A stretch of DNA of 64,000 bases. It comes from an uncultured candidate division Zixibacteria bacterium. Lineage in GTDB: Bacteria; Zixibacteria; MSB-5A5; RBG-16-43-9. The notes beneath the pieces were generated by a model. That model saw nothing but the letters and a program-made list of their open reading frames with translations, made no database searches and was not told the DNA's origin. The position numbers were made by a program, and so were the translations under genes. Shown in pieces: positions 19,933 to 30,614 of this stretch (position 1 is the first letter of the stretch; every line of letters starts with the position of its first letter). Location of the stretch: NCBI GenBank assembly GCA_963713865.1, contig OY970208.1, positions 2,240,001-2,304,000 of the forward strand, in the 5' to 3' direction.

Positions 19933-20089
19933 CTCACCCTAAGTCCCTCTCTTAAAAAAGAGAGGGACTTACCCACCCCTTCTCTTAGTAAGAGAAGGGG
20001 TCAGGGGATGAGTTTAATGGCGCCCGTAGGGCACGGCGACTATCAAGGATAAAGAATAATTTGTAGGGGTGGGGTAACCCCACCCCTAC
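19931..20089. repeat. Double-hairpin element copy 2 (19931-20014) and perfect GTAG palindrome (20063-20089)
   Basis: Direct repeat of 15134-15216; GTAGGGGTGGGGT-A-ACCCCACCCCTAC. Confidence 0.85.
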
Positions 20090-20091
20090 AG

Positions 20092-21747
20092 TTATTTCTT
20101 CGGCTGACAGGTTTTACCACTCTCCATCATCTCTGTTTCAGACAACTCCTTCTCAGACAAAGGAGACCATTCACCGATATTCTCTACATAAACTTTGCAT
20201 TTACCCGAAGAGGTCCAGGTCTCGTTTGAATTATAGCCCCATTCTAAATATTCCGAGCCACCACCACCTACCGTGGTAATTAAGTATCTATTAGCCAAAT
20301 TCCCAAAATAAGCTGCCTGAGCTTCAGGAGAAGGTTGGTCCCCTCCTGAAGGATCAACTGGTATCCAGCCGTAATTCGGAAGATAGACCTCGCACCAGCG
20401 GTGAAACACATCATCGGTCGAGGCATCGTCCCCCCTTATAGCCACAGACCCTGCATATCTAACTGGAAGGCCTGCGGCACGGCACAAAGCGATATAGACA
20501 AAGCTGTATTCCGAACAGGAGCCAGAGCCTCTTTTCAGAACTGTGGGAGCGATATTCCAGCCGCCGGATAATTCATAAAACATCTTCTCCTGAATATAAT
20601 CATAGCTCTTACGGGCAATCCAGTAAGGATTCGTCTCTTCTCCGACCGCTTCAGCCGCTGATTTTCGAATGAAAGGGTCAGAAATCGAGTATTTGGTATC
20701 ATCTACTAAATATTTATCTTTAATCTCTTTTGGTATATCCTTTAAACTCCCCACCTTTTCAGGAAAGATAAAATATTTCGTCTGGTACAGTTTAGCTTTA
20801 ACCTTCATAGAAACCGTAATAAAATCCGGATTTTTTACCCCTACGTAATGATAATGAGCCACCTTCTGCCCCCATCTATCTGTAAGTATATCCATTGGCT
20901 CAGGCTTAAATACTATCTTCCCTACGATCTTTTGATTGTCCAGGTCCTGAGGTATGGCTAAATATATATCCAGAGTTTCCAGGATTCCCGGACCATAATT
21001 TCTCACCTGACTGGTATATTCTAAAAATTCAAGTTTTTCATCCATACATCTTAGTTTATCTTCATCTCCGATCTTGATTTTGTAAAGCTTGTCAGTCTGA
21101 TAATCCACATTCCAGAGGTTTTTTCCATCCCAGGCTAAACCCCGGGCATGAGGACCTGGTGCATTAAAGAACAGAATCACCTCACCCTTATCCGGAGTAA
21201 TCATATATATCCGGTTTGACATCCGGTCAGAAACCCAGAGGTATTTCCCATCAAAAGTTAGACCCTGCACGTCAGATGAAGGAGCAGGAATAGTAATGAT
21301 AGTGGTACCATCTTCGGTGCTGATTTTGTAGATCTCCTTAGCTTTATTATCCGCAACCCATAGATATTTTCCATCCCAGGCTAAACCCTTAGGACTACTT
21401 GAGGGTGCAGAGATGGTCTTTAATGCTACTCCACTCTGAGGGTCTATTTTAAAGATTAAATTCTCCTCATTATCCAGGCACCAGAGATATTTACCATCCC
21501 AGGCTAATCCAACTGGTTGATAACCCGGGGCAGGTATGACTTTATTAATCGTGCCATCCTCAGGTTTAAGAGCATACAGAGAGTCAGTTTTCCGATCAGC
21601 TACCCAGAGCTGCTTACCGCAGAAAGTCAAACCGGTAGCACAGGAACCCGGAGTAGCAAAAAAAGTATCGACCTCACCGGTATAAGCAAAGACTTCGACT
21701 CCGGGAATAACCAGCAAAAGCAAAAAAACAAAAATTTTACTGCGCAT
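20092..21747 (-). CDS. Exported transglutaminase-like protein with N-terminal beta-propeller repeats
   Basis: Signal peptide, five GL[AT][WF][DC]GK.LW repeats, and catalytic triad GSCSEY / HRWCEVY / VDPS. Confidence 0.85.
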   Translation of the reverse strand: MRSKIFVFLLLLVIPGVEVFAYTGEVDTFFATPGSCATGLTFCGKQLWVADRKTDSLYALKPEDGTINKVIPAPGYQPVGLAWDGKYLWCLDNEENLIFKIDPQSGVALKTISAPSSSPKGLAWDGKYLWVADNKAKEIYKISTEDGTTIITIPAPSSDVQGLTFDGKYLWVSDRMSNRIYMITPDKGEVILFFNAPGPHARGLAWDGKNLWNVDYQTDKLYKIKIGDEDKLRCMDEKLEFLEYTSQVRNYGPGILETLDIYLAIPQDLDNQKIVGKIVFKPEPMDILTDRWGQKVAHYHYVGVKNPDFITVSMKVKAKLYQTKYFIFPEKVGSLKDIPKEIKDKYLVDDTKYSISDPFIRKSAAEAVGEETNPYWIARKSYDYIQEKMFYELSGGWNIAPTVLKRGSGSCSEYSFVYIALCRAAGLPVRYAGSVAIRGDDASTDDVFHRWCEVYLPNYGWIPVDPSGGDQPSPEAQAAYFGNLANRYLITTVGGGGSEYLEWGYNSNETWTSSGKCKVYVENIGEWSPLSEKELSETEMMESGKTCQPKK

Positions 21748-21810
21748 AACTCCTCCTTTCGAATTATTTAAACCTAAAATATTGATTAAATTTCCGGAGT
21801 CAAGGAAATT

Positions 21811-21843
21811 AAAAAAGGCATCAACCTGTTGATTGATGCCTTT
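21811..21843 (-). terminator. Intrinsic terminator of gdhA
   Basis: AAAGGCATCAA/TTGATGCCTTT stem followed by a T run on the minus strand. Confidence 0.8.
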
Positions 21844-21868
21844 ATACCATTTAAATCTCTATTACGAG

Positions 21869-23233
<1,365 letters not shown>

Positions 23234-23349
23234 TCATTATGGTTTTTTTGTTAATGATTTTCGATCCTGAAATATTTTTATCTCTCTTCCTCCTTTCTTA
23301 AATTCCTGGCCTCAGAATTCTCTTACGTTAATTTTATCAAAATGAAACT

Positions 23350-23367
23350 TTGTGAAATATTTAACAA
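23350..23367. promoter_or_regulatory. Rex-type operator candidate 1
   Basis: TTGTGAA-ATAT-TTAACAA; one mismatch to TTGTGAA-N4-TTCACAA. Confidence 0.6.
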
Positions 23368-23681
23368 GTAAAAATGAATAAAAAGTATTTTCCCCCTCCT
23401 TCTGTTAAAGCTTTCTTCAACCCGTTTATTATGTATCATCATCTCCAAACAAAGATACTACAAAGTTTTTCTATTATATATCCTTTTCGATTTTTGTCAA
23501 GAGAAAATTGGGGAATAATTTACCATATTTTTGTGATTTCCAAATAATCGGGTAAATATTCCCCACTTGGACTTTTTGTTCTTATCTAAACCTAACTTTT
23601 TGGGATTTAAATCGTTAACCAGGTTCAGGATATCTTTATCCAAATGAATTTTTAAATCGTATATTTTTTGTATAATAAACA

Positions 23682-23699
23682 AAGTGAATTAATTCACAA
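23682..23699. promoter_or_regulatory. Rex-type operator candidate 2
   Basis: AAGTGAA-TTAA-TTCACAA; two mismatches. Confidence 0.5.
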
Positions 23700-23863
23700 A
23701 GTAGATTAAACATATTTAAATTGAAAGTTATGGAATATCATGGTTAATAGCTTTATGAAATGAGGGATTAATCTCTATATCCTGAAGTGGTATTTGAGGT
23801 TGCTCTTTTGAGGAATTTATTACTTGACATCTTTACTGAATTTATTTAAGTAAATGTTACTTT

Positions 23864-25612
23864 ATGAAGAATCATAACGCAAAAAATAATAGGAACAGGA
23901 AATCTAACCACAATCTGGCTGAGGATTTTTATTTGCTATCCCACCAGATATTGCGATATGCAAGTCGCGCTCTGCCCAGACTCGATTTCATACGCGAAAT
24001 CTCAACTATGCTTATTGATTTTTCTGGATGTGATGTGGTTGAGATACGATTAAAGAGATATGAAAAGTATTACCGGTATGAAATAAGCCGGAACAATAAA
24101 AATCTGTTCCAGTGGGATTACACCCCCTGTCTGCGAACGGAAGATGCAAAACTAATACCCTGTTCCCAGGATGATGCAGGTATAGAGACGCTCTATCAGG
24201 ATATCCTTCTCGGCAAGTTTAATCCCAAACTCTCTTATTTCACAAAAAGCGGTAGTTTCTGGATAAATGATCTGAGCAATTTACACGCTCTCCACAAGCA
24301 GGATAATAAACAATCGGTTGGCTACAATCTCTTGCCACTTGGCGCTCAGGGTTCGCTGGCAATCTTCCCTCTGGTAGCAGATGAGGACAATATAGGACTT
24401 TTACAATTAAAGAGTTGCCAGTCAGACTTCTTTACAGCTGATGAAATCCGGTTTTATGAGGGACTTGCCCAAACGCTCGTGGTAGCCCTCGTACACCGAC
24501 ATGCACAGGTAGCTTTGCGGGAAAGAGTCAAAGAACTGACCTGTCTATACGGTATCGCAAAGCTGGTTGCACGACCAGACACATCGCTTGAAAATATGCT
24601 CCAGGGTCTGGTAGAACTCCTGCCGCCTGCCTGGCTATATCCTGAAATTGCTACAGCCAGGATAATCTTGGACGGGAATTCTTATACCGCACCAAATTTC
24701 CAGGAGGGGGTTTATAAACAGACCGCAGATATTGTTTATGTTGGCAGGAAACGGGGTACCATTGAAGTCATATATATGGAGGAGAGACCGGAACTGGACG
24801 AGGGTCCATTCCTTAAAGAGGAGCGGAGTTTAATAGATGCAGTAGCCAGAGAGGTAGCGCTTATGGTCGAGCGCAGACAGGCAGAGGAGGAAAAAACCAG
24901 ATTACAGAATCAGCTTATGCATGCTGACCGTTTGGCGACCATCGGACAGCTTGCTGCAGGAGTCGCGCATGAGATTAATGAACCTTTAGGGAATATTTTG
25001 GGATTTGCTCAGCTTGTTGCCAAATGCCCGGAACTTAGCACACAAACAGCTCAGGATATAGAAAAGATAAAGAATGCATCCCTTCATGCCCGGGAAATTG
25101 TAAAGAAACTATTGATTTTTGCCCGTCAGATGCCAGCCAAAAAATCCAGGATCAATCTAAATCGGATTGTCGAAGAGGGGCTTTATTTCTTTGAATCCAG
25201 GTGTGCTAAAGAAGGAATAGAGTTGGTGCGTTCACTCTCGCCTGACCAGCCGGAGATCAGCGTGGATCCGGCTCAGTTGCACCAGGTCCTGGTTAATCTG
25301 GTAGTAAATGCTATCCAGGCTATGCCCGGGGGGGGCAGGCTAACCATAAAGACTATGTCTGATGAACACTATGTATCCCTCATCGTTGAGGATACTGGTA
25401 TAGGTATGAGCGAGGAGGTTAAGAAACAGATATTTATCCCATTCTTTACCACTAAGGAAATTGGGGAGGGAACTGGTCTCGGACTCTCTGTTGTTCATGG
25501 AATTATCAGCTCGCACAAAGGGTTTATCAATGTCGAGAGTAAAGTTGGTTCAGGCTCGCGTTTTGAGATCCGTTTGCCTGTAATAACACATCCAGAAAAA
25601 AAGGAGAGCTGA
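23864..25612 (+). CDS. Cytoplasmic NtrB-class sensor histidine kinase with GAF-like input domains
   Basis: H-box AHEINEPL, N-box NLVVNA, DTGIGM and GTGLGL. No TM helix. Confidence 0.92.
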   Translation: MKNHNAKNNRNRKSNHNLAEDFYLLSHQILRYASRALPRLDFIREISTMLIDFSGCDVVEIRLKRYEKYYRYEISRNNKNLFQWDYTPCLRTEDAKLIPCSQDDAGIETLYQDILLGKFNPKLSYFTKSGSFWINDLSNLHALHKQDNKQSVGYNLLPLGAQGSLAIFPLVADEDNIGLLQLKSCQSDFFTADEIRFYEGLAQTLVVALVHRHAQVALRERVKELTCLYGIAKLVARPDTSLENMLQGLVELLPPAWLYPEIATARIILDGNSYTAPNFQEGVYKQTADIVYVGRKRGTIEVIYMEERPELDEGPFLKEERSLIDAVAREVALMVERRQAEEEKTRLQNQLMHADRLATIGQLAAGVAHEINEPLGNILGFAQLVAKCPELSTQTAQDIEKIKNASLHAREIVKKLLIFARQMPAKKSRINLNRIVEEGLYFFESRCAKEGIELVRSLSPDQPEISVDPAQLHQVLVNLVVNAIQAMPGGGRLTIKTMSDEHYVSLIVEDTGIGMSEEVKKQIFIPFFTTKEIGEGTGLGLSVVHGIISSHKGFINVESKVGSGSRFEIRLPVITHPEKKES

Positions 25613-25616
25613 TAAT

Positions 25617-26969
25617 ATGACACCTGAATCCAGGAAAGAGGGTCTCCTGGTTGTAGATGACACTCCTAATACTCTAGAGTTGCTTCAAAGAAAACTGACC
25701 TCACAAGGTTACCAGGTGTATACCGCCCCAGATGTGGCTCAGGCAATTAAAATTCTTGAGGCGACACCAGTAGACCTGGTCATTACCGACCTCAAGATGC
25801 CCAAGGTAAGCGGATTAGACCTGGTAAGGCATATTCGTGAAAACCTCAAAGATACTGAGGTGATGATCATCACCGGTTATGCTACGATTGAAGGAGCGGT
25901 AAAAGCGATTAAGGTAGGAGCCGAAGAATACCTGCCCAAGCCTTTCACGGATGAAGAACTCTTTTCTTCTGTGAGAAGGGTATTAACCAAACTGCAATCT
26001 CGCAGGGCCGAGCGGAACCAGACTCATAAGAAGCCCTCAGCCCCTCATGGTCTGGTAGCTGAATCCGAAAAGATGCTAAAGGTTTTTGACGCCATACCCA
26101 AAGCCGCATCTACTGCCGCAACCGTGTTAATCTCAGGAGAAAGTGGCACCGGTAAGGAGCTTATTGCCAGGGCAATTCACTATAGTAGCCTGCGTGCTTC
26201 AGCGCCTTTTGTCCCGGTGAATTGTGGCGGCATTCCTGAAGGGCTTCTGGAAAGCGAGCTTTTTGGACACGTCAAAGGCGCTTTCACCGGAGCCACGGAT
26301 ACCAGAGCCGGCTTTTTTCAAACCGCTGATGGTGGCACGATCTTCCTTGACGAAATCAGCGAAACCAGTCTGTCAATGCAGGTGAAGCTTCTTCGCGTTC
26401 TGCAAGACAAGGAAGTATATATGGTTGGTGCCACCCATCCAGTAAAAGTTGATGTGAGGATTCTGGCTGCCACCAACAAGGATTTACTTGGCCTGATAAA
26501 GAAAGGAGTTTTCCGTGAGGATCTTTATTTTAGACTGAATGTACTCAGTATAGCCATTCCCCCTCTAAGGGAAAGAGGTGACGATATCGTGCTTCTGACC
26601 AATCACTTTGCCATCAAATTTGCTAAGGAATATGGTAAAAAAACTCCACGCTTCTCAGAAAAGGCGTTGCAGGTTCTTAAAAACTATGATTGGCCCGGTA
26701 ATGTAAGGGAATTGGAGAATGTAATCCAGCGCCTTATAGTTATGACCGAAGGCGACATTATAGACGTTCCTGATCTGCCATCGCTTATGCGTTTCTCAGC
26801 TCAGAGGGAAGTGGGACTTAATCGAACCTTAGCTGAAGTTGAGGCTGAATATATTCGCAATGTCCTGGCAAGTGTAAACGGAAACAAAACAAAAGCTGCC
26901 CAAATTTTAGGGATTGATCGTAAAACTTTGAGAGAAAAAATTCAGAATACACCTCCAGGTAGCTCTTAA
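25617..26969 (+). CDS. NtrC-family sigma54-dependent response regulator
   Basis: Receiver DLKMP, Walker A GESGTGKE, GAFTGA loop, WPGNVREL and Fis HTH. Confidence 0.95.
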   Translation: MTPESRKEGLLVVDDTPNTLELLQRKLTSQGYQVYTAPDVAQAIKILEATPVDLVITDLKMPKVSGLDLVRHIRENLKDTEVMIITGYATIEGAVKAIKVGAEEYLPKPFTDEELFSSVRRVLTKLQSRRAERNQTHKKPSAPHGLVAESEKMLKVFDAIPKAASTAATVLISGESGTGKELIARAIHYSSLRASAPFVPVNCGGIPEGLLESELFGHVKGAFTGATDTRAGFFQTADGGTIFLDEISETSLSMQVKLLRVLQDKEVYMVGATHPVKVDVRILAATNKDLLGLIKKGVFREDLYFRLNVLSIAIPPLRERGDDIVLLTNHFAIKFAKEYGKKTPRFSEKALQVLKNYDWPGNVRELENVIQRLIVMTEGDIIDVPDLPSLMRFSAQREVGLNRTLAEVEAEYIRNVLASVNGNKTKAAQILGIDRKTLREKIQNTPPGSS

Positions 26970-27176
26970 TAATAAACACAAATGCTGGGGAAATTCTCCT
27001 CAACGATTCGAATTTCACCGAACTTCAAATAATTTTAATTAATCCTACAGTTACAATAAGACATCATCGAAATAATTGTAGTTACCTCGAAATCTTTTGA
27101 ATCACTTGACCTTATCCTCGAATATTAAACACAATAATTCTATTCAAGAAGAATCACAAGCATTAAAAGTGGCGAT

Positions 27177-27192
27177 CGGCATAATTTTTGCT
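27177..27192 (+). promoter_or_regulatory. Sigma54 (-24/-12) promoter
   Basis: CGGCATAATTTTTGCT with exact GG-N10-GC spacing, between the activator gene and a strong SD (AAAGGAGG). Confidence 0.75.
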
Positions 27193-27239
27193 ACTATATC
27201 TCTATGAAAAAAGATTGGACTTGAAAGGAGGTAAGCAAA

Positions 27240-27578
27240 ATGTCAAAACATTCAACCAAAACCGTTGAGAAGATAAGTGCGGTCTCTAAGAAACGTGAAT
27301 ATACCGGGCTTTGCATAACTTGCCAAAACGCTGCCAACTGCATATACCCGAGAAATCTTAGTCAGCCAGTTTTACAGTGCGAAGAGTTCGATTGCTACGA
27401 AACGCCGATAGAGACAATTACAGTGGATAGAATTCTGGCAATTGCTCGTTCCAAGAACATCTCTAACACTGAGGACACGGTTGCATTTAAAGGGCTTTGC
27501 GTTAATTGCGAGAACCGCACTACGTGCATCTTTCCCAAACCTGAAGCAGGTGTATGGCGATGTGAGGAGTACGCTTAA
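27240..27578 (+). CDS. Small protein with two repeats of a 4-Cys motif
   Basis: GLCITCQNAANCIYP..QCEEF and GLCVNCENRTTCIFP..RCEEY; SD AAAGGAGGT. Confidence 0.8.
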   Translation: MSKHSTKTVEKISAVSKKREYTGLCITCQNAANCIYPRNLSQPVLQCEEFDCYETPIETITVDRILAIARSKNISNTEDTVAFKGLCVNCENRTTCIFPKPEAGVWRCEEYA

Positions 27579-27633
27579 GTTCGCAGTCAAAAGCATCTCC
27601 TGCGGTTTTATATGATTACGATTAAGAAGCCAG

Positions 27634-27691
27634 TGCTTGACGAGCAAACCATGATGATATATATTCGGTGATGCTCGTCAAGCATTTGTTT
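27634..27691 (+). terminator. Long intergenic hairpin (attenuator, terminator or stabiliser)
   Basis: 13-bp perfect inverted repeat TGCTTGACGAGCA / TGCTCGTCAAGCA followed by TTTGTTT. Confidence 0.55.
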
Positions 27692-27733
27692 ATATTCGAA
27701 GATTAAAAGACACTTGATATTTAAGAGGTAAAC

Positions 27734-29014
27734 ATGACCGATTCAGAAATTGGAAAAAGAGGAAGCGTCTATGAAAACGTGGTCTGGCAATTCAATAAAG
27801 CCTCAGACCTGATGAAGCTTGATCTGGACATACGTAAGATCCTCGGGAAGACCACCAATGAGATCATTGTGAATTTCCCGGTCAAGATGGATGATGGTCG
27901 GATAGAGATGTTCACCGGTTACCGGGTCCAGCACAACAATGCGCTGGGTCCTTACAAAGGCGGACTGCGTTTCCACCCGGCCGTTGACATCGACGAGGTT
28001 AGGGCACTTGCTACCTGGATGACCTGGAAAAGCGCCCTGACTTATATCCCGTTTGGCGGCGCCAAGGGAGGGATACAGTGTGACCCCTTCAAGTATTCAT
28101 CCAGCGAAGTGGAGAGAATATCCCGCCGGTTCACTTTCGCTCTGGGAAATAATATCGGGCCGGAGTACGATATCCCCGCTCCGGACGTGAATACCAATCC
28201 CCAGATAATGGCCTGGATTCTGGATACCTATGTATCGACTATGCCTGCGCATGAAAGACAGGCTTGCATCCATGTAGTCACCGGAAAACCGATTGAGTCC
28301 GGCGGAAGCCTGGGACGTGATAAGGCGACTGGCCAGGGAGTCGTTTACACTATTGAGGAATGGGCAAGGGATAAAGGCTTCAACTTAAAAGGAGCCACTT
28401 ACACGGTTCAGGGATTTGGAAATGTCGGTTCCTGGACTGCGCTTCTCCTCAAACAGCACGGTTCCATACTACTTGCAGTTGAGGATGCCAGTGGAGCAAT
28501 TGCGAATGCAGAAGGGATTGATCCCGATGACCTCCTGGTTTTTGCCAAGAAAAATAACGGGCTGATTTCCGGTTACCCGAAGGCTAAGCCAATCGACCGC
28601 AAAACCTTATTCCAAACCAAAGCGGATATATTCGTTCCGGCTGCCCTGGAAAATCAGATAACAGCTGACACTGCACCCGTCTTAAATGTGAAACTCGTGG
28701 CTGAAGGAGCAAATGGGCCAACTAACCCGGACGGCGACCGGGTCCTCCAGCAGAAAGGGATAGATTTAATTCCCGATATACTCTGCAACGCCGGTGGCGT
28801 GATCGTCAGCTACTTCGAGTGGCTTCAGAACAAACGCAGTGAATTCTGGGAACTGGAGGAAGTGGACACCAAATTACATAGAAAAATAGTCAGTGCTTAC
28901 GAACGGGTACGCGATACGGCCAAAGCATATAAAACTGACTGGCGAACAGCCGCCTATATTGTAGCTCTTTCCCATCTGGATACTGTCTACAGAGAACGTG
29001 GGATTTTCCCGTAA
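27734..29014 (+). CDS. Glu/Leu/Phe/Val dehydrogenase, probably glutamate dehydrogenase, active site intact
   Basis: [25 protein letters not shown] and GFGNVG motifs. Confidence 0.93.
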   Translation: MTDSEIGKRGSVYENVVWQFNKASDLMKLDLDIRKILGKTTNEIIVNFPVKMDDGRIEMFTGYRVQHNNALGPYKGGLRFHPAVDIDEVRALATWMTWKSALTYIPFGGAKGGIQCDPFKYSSSEVERISRRFTFALGNNIGPEYDIPAPDVNTNPQIMAWILDTYVSTMPAHERQACIHVVTGKPIESGGSLGRDKATGQGVVYTIEEWARDKGFNLKGATYTVQGFGNVGSWTALLLKQHGSILLAVEDASGAIANAEGIDPDDLLVFAKKNNGLISGYPKAKPIDRKTLFQTKADIFVPAALENQITADTAPVLNVKLVAEGANGPTNPDGDRVLQQKGIDLIPDILCNAGGVIVSYFEWLQNKRSEFWELEEVDTKLHRKIVSAYERVRDTAKAYKTDWRTAAYIVALSHLDTVYRERGIFP

Positions 29015-29047
29015 TGAAAAATAATGAAATCAACTTAAGATAAAATT

Positions 29048-30310
29048 ATGCCGAAAGAAAAAAGTTTTTGTGATTATGTGGTCGAGCATGTTAAACAGGC
29101 AGCTGACCTGATTTCACTCGACCCGGACATCCGCAGCATTCTGGCGAAGACCATCAACGAGGTAACCATCAACTTTCCGGTGAAATTGGAAGATGGGCGG
29201 ATCGAGATGCTGATTGGTTATCGGGTTCAGCATAACAACGTTATGGGACCTTTTGAAGGGGGAATACGCTTCCACCCGGCACTTGGTATTGAAGAGGTAA
29301 GGGTTCTGGCCAACTGCATGACCTGGAAAGCAGCCATTGCCAATATACCGTTTGGAGGAGCCAGCGGTGGAATCCAGTTCAACCCAACCAAATACACCTT
29401 TAATGACCTTGAGCGGATAACCCGCCGTTTTACTTTTGCTCTGGGGAATAATATCGGGCCGGAGTACGATATCCTCGCCCCGGATATAGGCACAAACTCT
29501 CAAATTATGGCCTGGATCCTCGATACTTATTTATCAACTATACCCCCGCATAAACGCCAGGCTTGCAAGCATGTGGTCACAGGTAAACCTATAAAATCTG
29601 GTGGAAGCCTGGGTCGTGATAAAGCCACTGGTCAGGGAATCGTCTTTTTGATTCAGAAATGGGCAGAGGAAAAAAATTTCGATCTAAATGGAGCCACCTA
29701 CACAGTCCAGGGATTCGGTAACGTTGGCTCCTGGGCAGCTCGCCTCTTGAAGCAGTCTGGTGCAAGGCTGGCCGCAGTTGAAGCTTTTACTGGCGCAATT
29801 TTCAATGCAGACGGTATAGATCCCGATGACTTATTCGAGTATGTTAAAAAGAATCGAAAGCTCGTTGGTTATCCGCAGGCAAAATCGGTTGACCACAAAA
29901 CCTTTCTGCAAACCAGGGCTGATATTTTCATCCCCGCTGCCCTGGAAAACCAGATCACTTCTGAAACCGCACCTCTGTTAAACGTAAAATTGGTAGCTGA
30001 AGGAGCTAATGGTCCGACTGATCCGGAAGCAGACCGGATACTGCAGAAGAAGGGTGTTGATATTATTCCTGACATTCTGTGTAACTCTGGCGGTTTAATA
30101 GTCAGCTACTTCGAATGGCTTCAGAACAAGCGCAGTGAGTTCTGGGAACTGGAGGAAGTGGACAGCAAATTACACACCAAGATCATTAACGCCTATAATC
30201 TGGTGAGCGATAAGTCAAAGGAGTTGAAGAGCGATTTGCGAACCGCGGCTTATGTTGCTGCGCTGACTCGTCTGGAAAGGGTATACAAAAGACGCGGGAT
30301 CTTCCCGTAA
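29048..30310 (+). CDS. Glutamate dehydrogenase paralogue with substituted active-site lysines (probable pseudoenzyme or regulatory subunit)
   Basis: GPFEGG replaces GPYKGG and GGASGG replaces GGAKGG; otherwise full length and colinear with the upstream gene. Confidence 0.85.
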   Translation: MPKEKSFCDYVVEHVKQAADLISLDPDIRSILAKTINEVTINFPVKLEDGRIEMLIGYRVQHNNVMGPFEGGIRFHPALGIEEVRVLANCMTWKAAIANIPFGGASGGIQFNPTKYTFNDLERITRRFTFALGNNIGPEYDILAPDIGTNSQIMAWILDTYLSTIPPHKRQACKHVVTGKPIKSGGSLGRDKATGQGIVFLIQKWAEEKNFDLNGATYTVQGFGNVGSWAARLLKQSGARLAAVEAFTGAIFNADGIDPDDLFEYVKKNRKLVGYPQAKSVDHKTFLQTRADIFIPAALENQITSETAPLLNVKLVAEGANGPTDPEADRILQKKGVDIIPDILCNSGGLIVSYFEWLQNKRSEFWELEEVDSKLHTKIINAYNLVSDKSKELKSDLRTAAYVAALTRLERVYKRRGIFP

Positions 30311-30373
30311 TCAGAAGCACTTACACTTCCATAGAAGTATTCAGATGGGAAAAGAATTTCTAAGGAAACACTA

Positions 30374-30478
30374 ACTGGAAAAGAAGATATAGGAGAATAA
30401 GTCTCTTCTGGAATTTATTTCTATCAACTTAAAGCTGGAGATTATAAAGAAACAAAAAAGATGACTCTTTTGAGATAA
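30374..30478 (+). pseudogene. Remnant of a FlgD-Ig/T9SS-like C-terminal domain
   Basis: Translates TGKEDIGE*VSSGIYFYQLKAGDYKETKKMTLLR*, matching YGEDENGREVSSGIYFYRLEAGDFKLTRRMVLLK at the end of the 33440 ORF. Confidence 0.7.
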
Positions 30479-30614
30479 AAGAAAAATCTTTTATCCATCA
30501 TCGGTCATCTATTTTTAAACAACTTGATTTCTATGCTTGCCATCTATTAGAGGTGGACTGATCTAGTTCGCCACTAGCGAATCAGGTCAGGGGACCTAAC
30601 GGTCACGAGTAAGT

